Shown: piece by piece, positions 61,848 through 64,000 of the stretch
Layout: every line of letters begins with the position of its first letter
Numbering within the stretch: the stretch's first letter is position 1
DNA from: Camelus dromedarius
Lineage: Eukaryota
DNA: 64,000 bases
Reading direction: 5' to 3'
NCBI RefSeq assembly: GCF_036321535.1
Contig: NC_087436.1
Span: 73,286,001-73,350,000 of the forward strand
The notes under the pieces: model-generated
What the model saw: the letters and a program-made list of their open reading frames with translations, nothing else
Databases searched by the model: none
Told to the model about the DNA's origin: nothing
Made by a program: the position numbers and the translations under genes

Positions 61848-62529
61848 TCTTAGCCCCATGAGAGGAGAGACCACGTCTATTTGTTTATCACTTTATCCCA
61901 GTACCTAAAGTGAGGCACAGCAGAAATTCAACAAATATTTGGTGATTGACTGAGTATTTCTCAGATTGTGGAGTTCTTATTTGATTTTGTTATGCTACAT
62001 TGCATGCTAACTTTTCATAGCTTTTTGAAATAAACTGCATTTCCTGAGATGGTCTCTGAAACACAGAAGAGTGAAATACATCACTATTCATCACAGCACA
62101 TTTACAAATGAAAACATAACAACACTCTAAATGCTTAACATCTATAAACTGAAATATTGTGCAAGACATTTAAATGATGTTTACAGAGAGACTGTACTGT
62201 TATGAGCATGTTTGCTCTGTTACATGAAGAAGTGCAGGATACAAATATGCATGACACTATGATCAAAATTGAGCATATTTTTTAAAGCTTAGAGAAGAGA
62301 TTGTGAGAAATAGACTAAAATGTTCACAGGGTTGTCTTTGGGTGATATAATCCAAGGACACTGTTTCTCTCTATTCTTCTTTCTACTTTTCTATATTTTC
62401 TATCATGAACATGTGTCACTCATATGAAACAAAAATAATCTTATTTTAAGAAAAACTATCATCTGCATAGTACTCTCACCACAAAACAAGGAGGCATTTT
62501 TACCAATTTTTATACAATTAAAAAAATAT

Positions 62530-62628
62530 TTTTTCCTTTCTTTTCTTTTTAATGGATGTACTGGGGATTAAACCCAGGATTTCATGCATGCTAAGCATGT
62601 GCTCTACCACTGAGCTATACCCTCCCCC
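62530..62628 (-). mobile_element. Vic-1-like SINE, short form
   Basis: Reverse of gggggagggtatagctcagtggtagagcacatgcttagcatgcatgaaatcctgggtttaatccccagtacatccattaa plus A-rich tail. Confidence 0.93.
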
Positions 62629-63174
62629 TTATTTTTATATATTTTAAAGCAATAGTTTACAAAATGAAAATATCAAGTCACAATTGTTATTTACATTATC
62701 AAACTGATGAGGGGAGTTTTCTCCTTACAGCCATGTCAGGCTAATAAATAAAAGATAAATAAATAATCTTCAACCCTAATACAGTAATAGATATAAGACA
62801 ATATTCACTAATGGCTGCCAGGCATTATGTGCCTTCTAATGGAAAAACACAACATAACCTACAAGTATTCTTGAAAAATTTAAATCTGCCCAAGCTTCTA
62901 GATCAAGTAAAACAGATTAAATAGATTAAATAAAACATATTAAAGTTAATTTTATTTTTACTTTTTTAATTAGAATTTAAAATCCATATGTAGATTGTAT
63001 TATATTTTTATGACAATACTGGTATTATTGATATTATTCAGATTCTGATTTAAACATAAAAGTTGATATATATAGGGAGATATATATAGGAAGAGAGATA
63101 TAGATATAATTGTTCATTTTTTCATGGCTTTAGGTGTGATAATAGCATTGTGGTTATGTATTTTAAATAGTCTT

Positions 63175-64000
63175 ATACATGGAAAACTATAAACCATTGA
63201 TAAAGGAAATTAAAGAAGACTTAAAAAACTGGAAAGATAACCCATGCTCCTGAATTGGAAGAATCAATATTGTTAAAATGGTCACACTGCCCAAGGCAAT
63301 CTACAGATTTAATGCAATCCCTATCAAATGACCCAGGACATATTTCACAGAACTAGGACAAATCATAATAAAATTTATATGGAACCACAAAAGACCTAGA
63401 ACTGCCAAAGCATTACTGAAGAAAAAGAAAGAGGCTGGAGGAATAACTCTCCCAGACTTCAGACAATACTATAGAGCTACAGTAATCAAAACAGCATGCT
63501 ATTGGTACAAGAACAGGCATATGGGCCAATGGAACAGAATAGAGAGCTCAAAAATGAACCCACAAACTTTTGGTCAACTAATCTTCGACACAGGAGGCAA
63601 GAATATACAATGGAATAAAGACAGTCTCTTCAGCAAATGGTGTTGGGAAAACTGGACAGCAGCATGTAAATCAATGAAGCTAGAACACTCCCTTACACCA
63701 TACACAAAAATAAACTCAAAATGGATCAAAGACTTAAACATAAGACAAGATACAATAAACCTCCTAGAAGAAAATATAGGTAAAACATTATCTCACATAC
63801 ATCTCAAAAATGTTCTCCCAGGGCAGTCTACCCAAGCAACAGAAATAAAAGCAAGAAGAAACAAATGGGACCTAATGAAACTTACAAGCTTCTGCACAGC
63901 AAAGGAAACCACTAAGTAAAACAAAACGACAACCTACAGAATGGGAGAAAATTTTTGCAAATGAAACCGACAAAGGCTTGATCTCCAGAATATATAAGCA
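63175..64000 (+). mobile_element. Young 5'-truncated L1 ORF2 fragment running off the window end
   Basis: Peptide [43 protein letters not shown]; in-frame stops present, so non-functional. Confidence 0.96.

Noticed and set aside
63521..63919. L1 ORF2 peptides as functional CDS (also 54282, 53259, 48147, 40063, 22480)
   Set aside because: 5'-truncated copies with stops or frameshifts.
1..64000. CRISPR arrays, operons or other prokaryote-type systems
   Set aside because: The sequence is mammalian; no regularly spaced repeat-spacer arrays or dense coding regions are present.

Overview
Mammalian genomic DNA, very probably camelid (alpaca/llama/camel), because it carries four copies of the tRNA-derived SINE GGGGAGGGTATAGCTCAGTGGTAGAG...TCCATTAA that matches the Tylopoda Vic-1 family as I recall it. 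It reads as intronic or intergenic sequence, and I recognise no cellular protein-coding exon. A large share is transposon-derived: young and old L1, L2, MIR, MaLR/ERVL LTRs, two ERV1-type solo LTRs, and hAT and Tigger DNA transposons. Most of the ORF track is L1 ORF2 debris or chance ORFs. The most notable structures are: two L1 insertions at the same nick, giving a triplicated target site (15.6-16.3 kb); an L1 whose target-site duplication (TSD) encloses about 400 bp of non-matching 3' sequence (40.1-41.3 kb); three 5'-inverted (twin-primed) L1s; and a CpG-, ETS- and RUNX-containing island at 14.5-15.3 kb with a plausible minus-strand intron and a 180-nt exon. I found no convincing novel biological system. 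Repeat subfamily names are from recalled consensus sequences, not database searches, and boundaries of old repeats are approximate.
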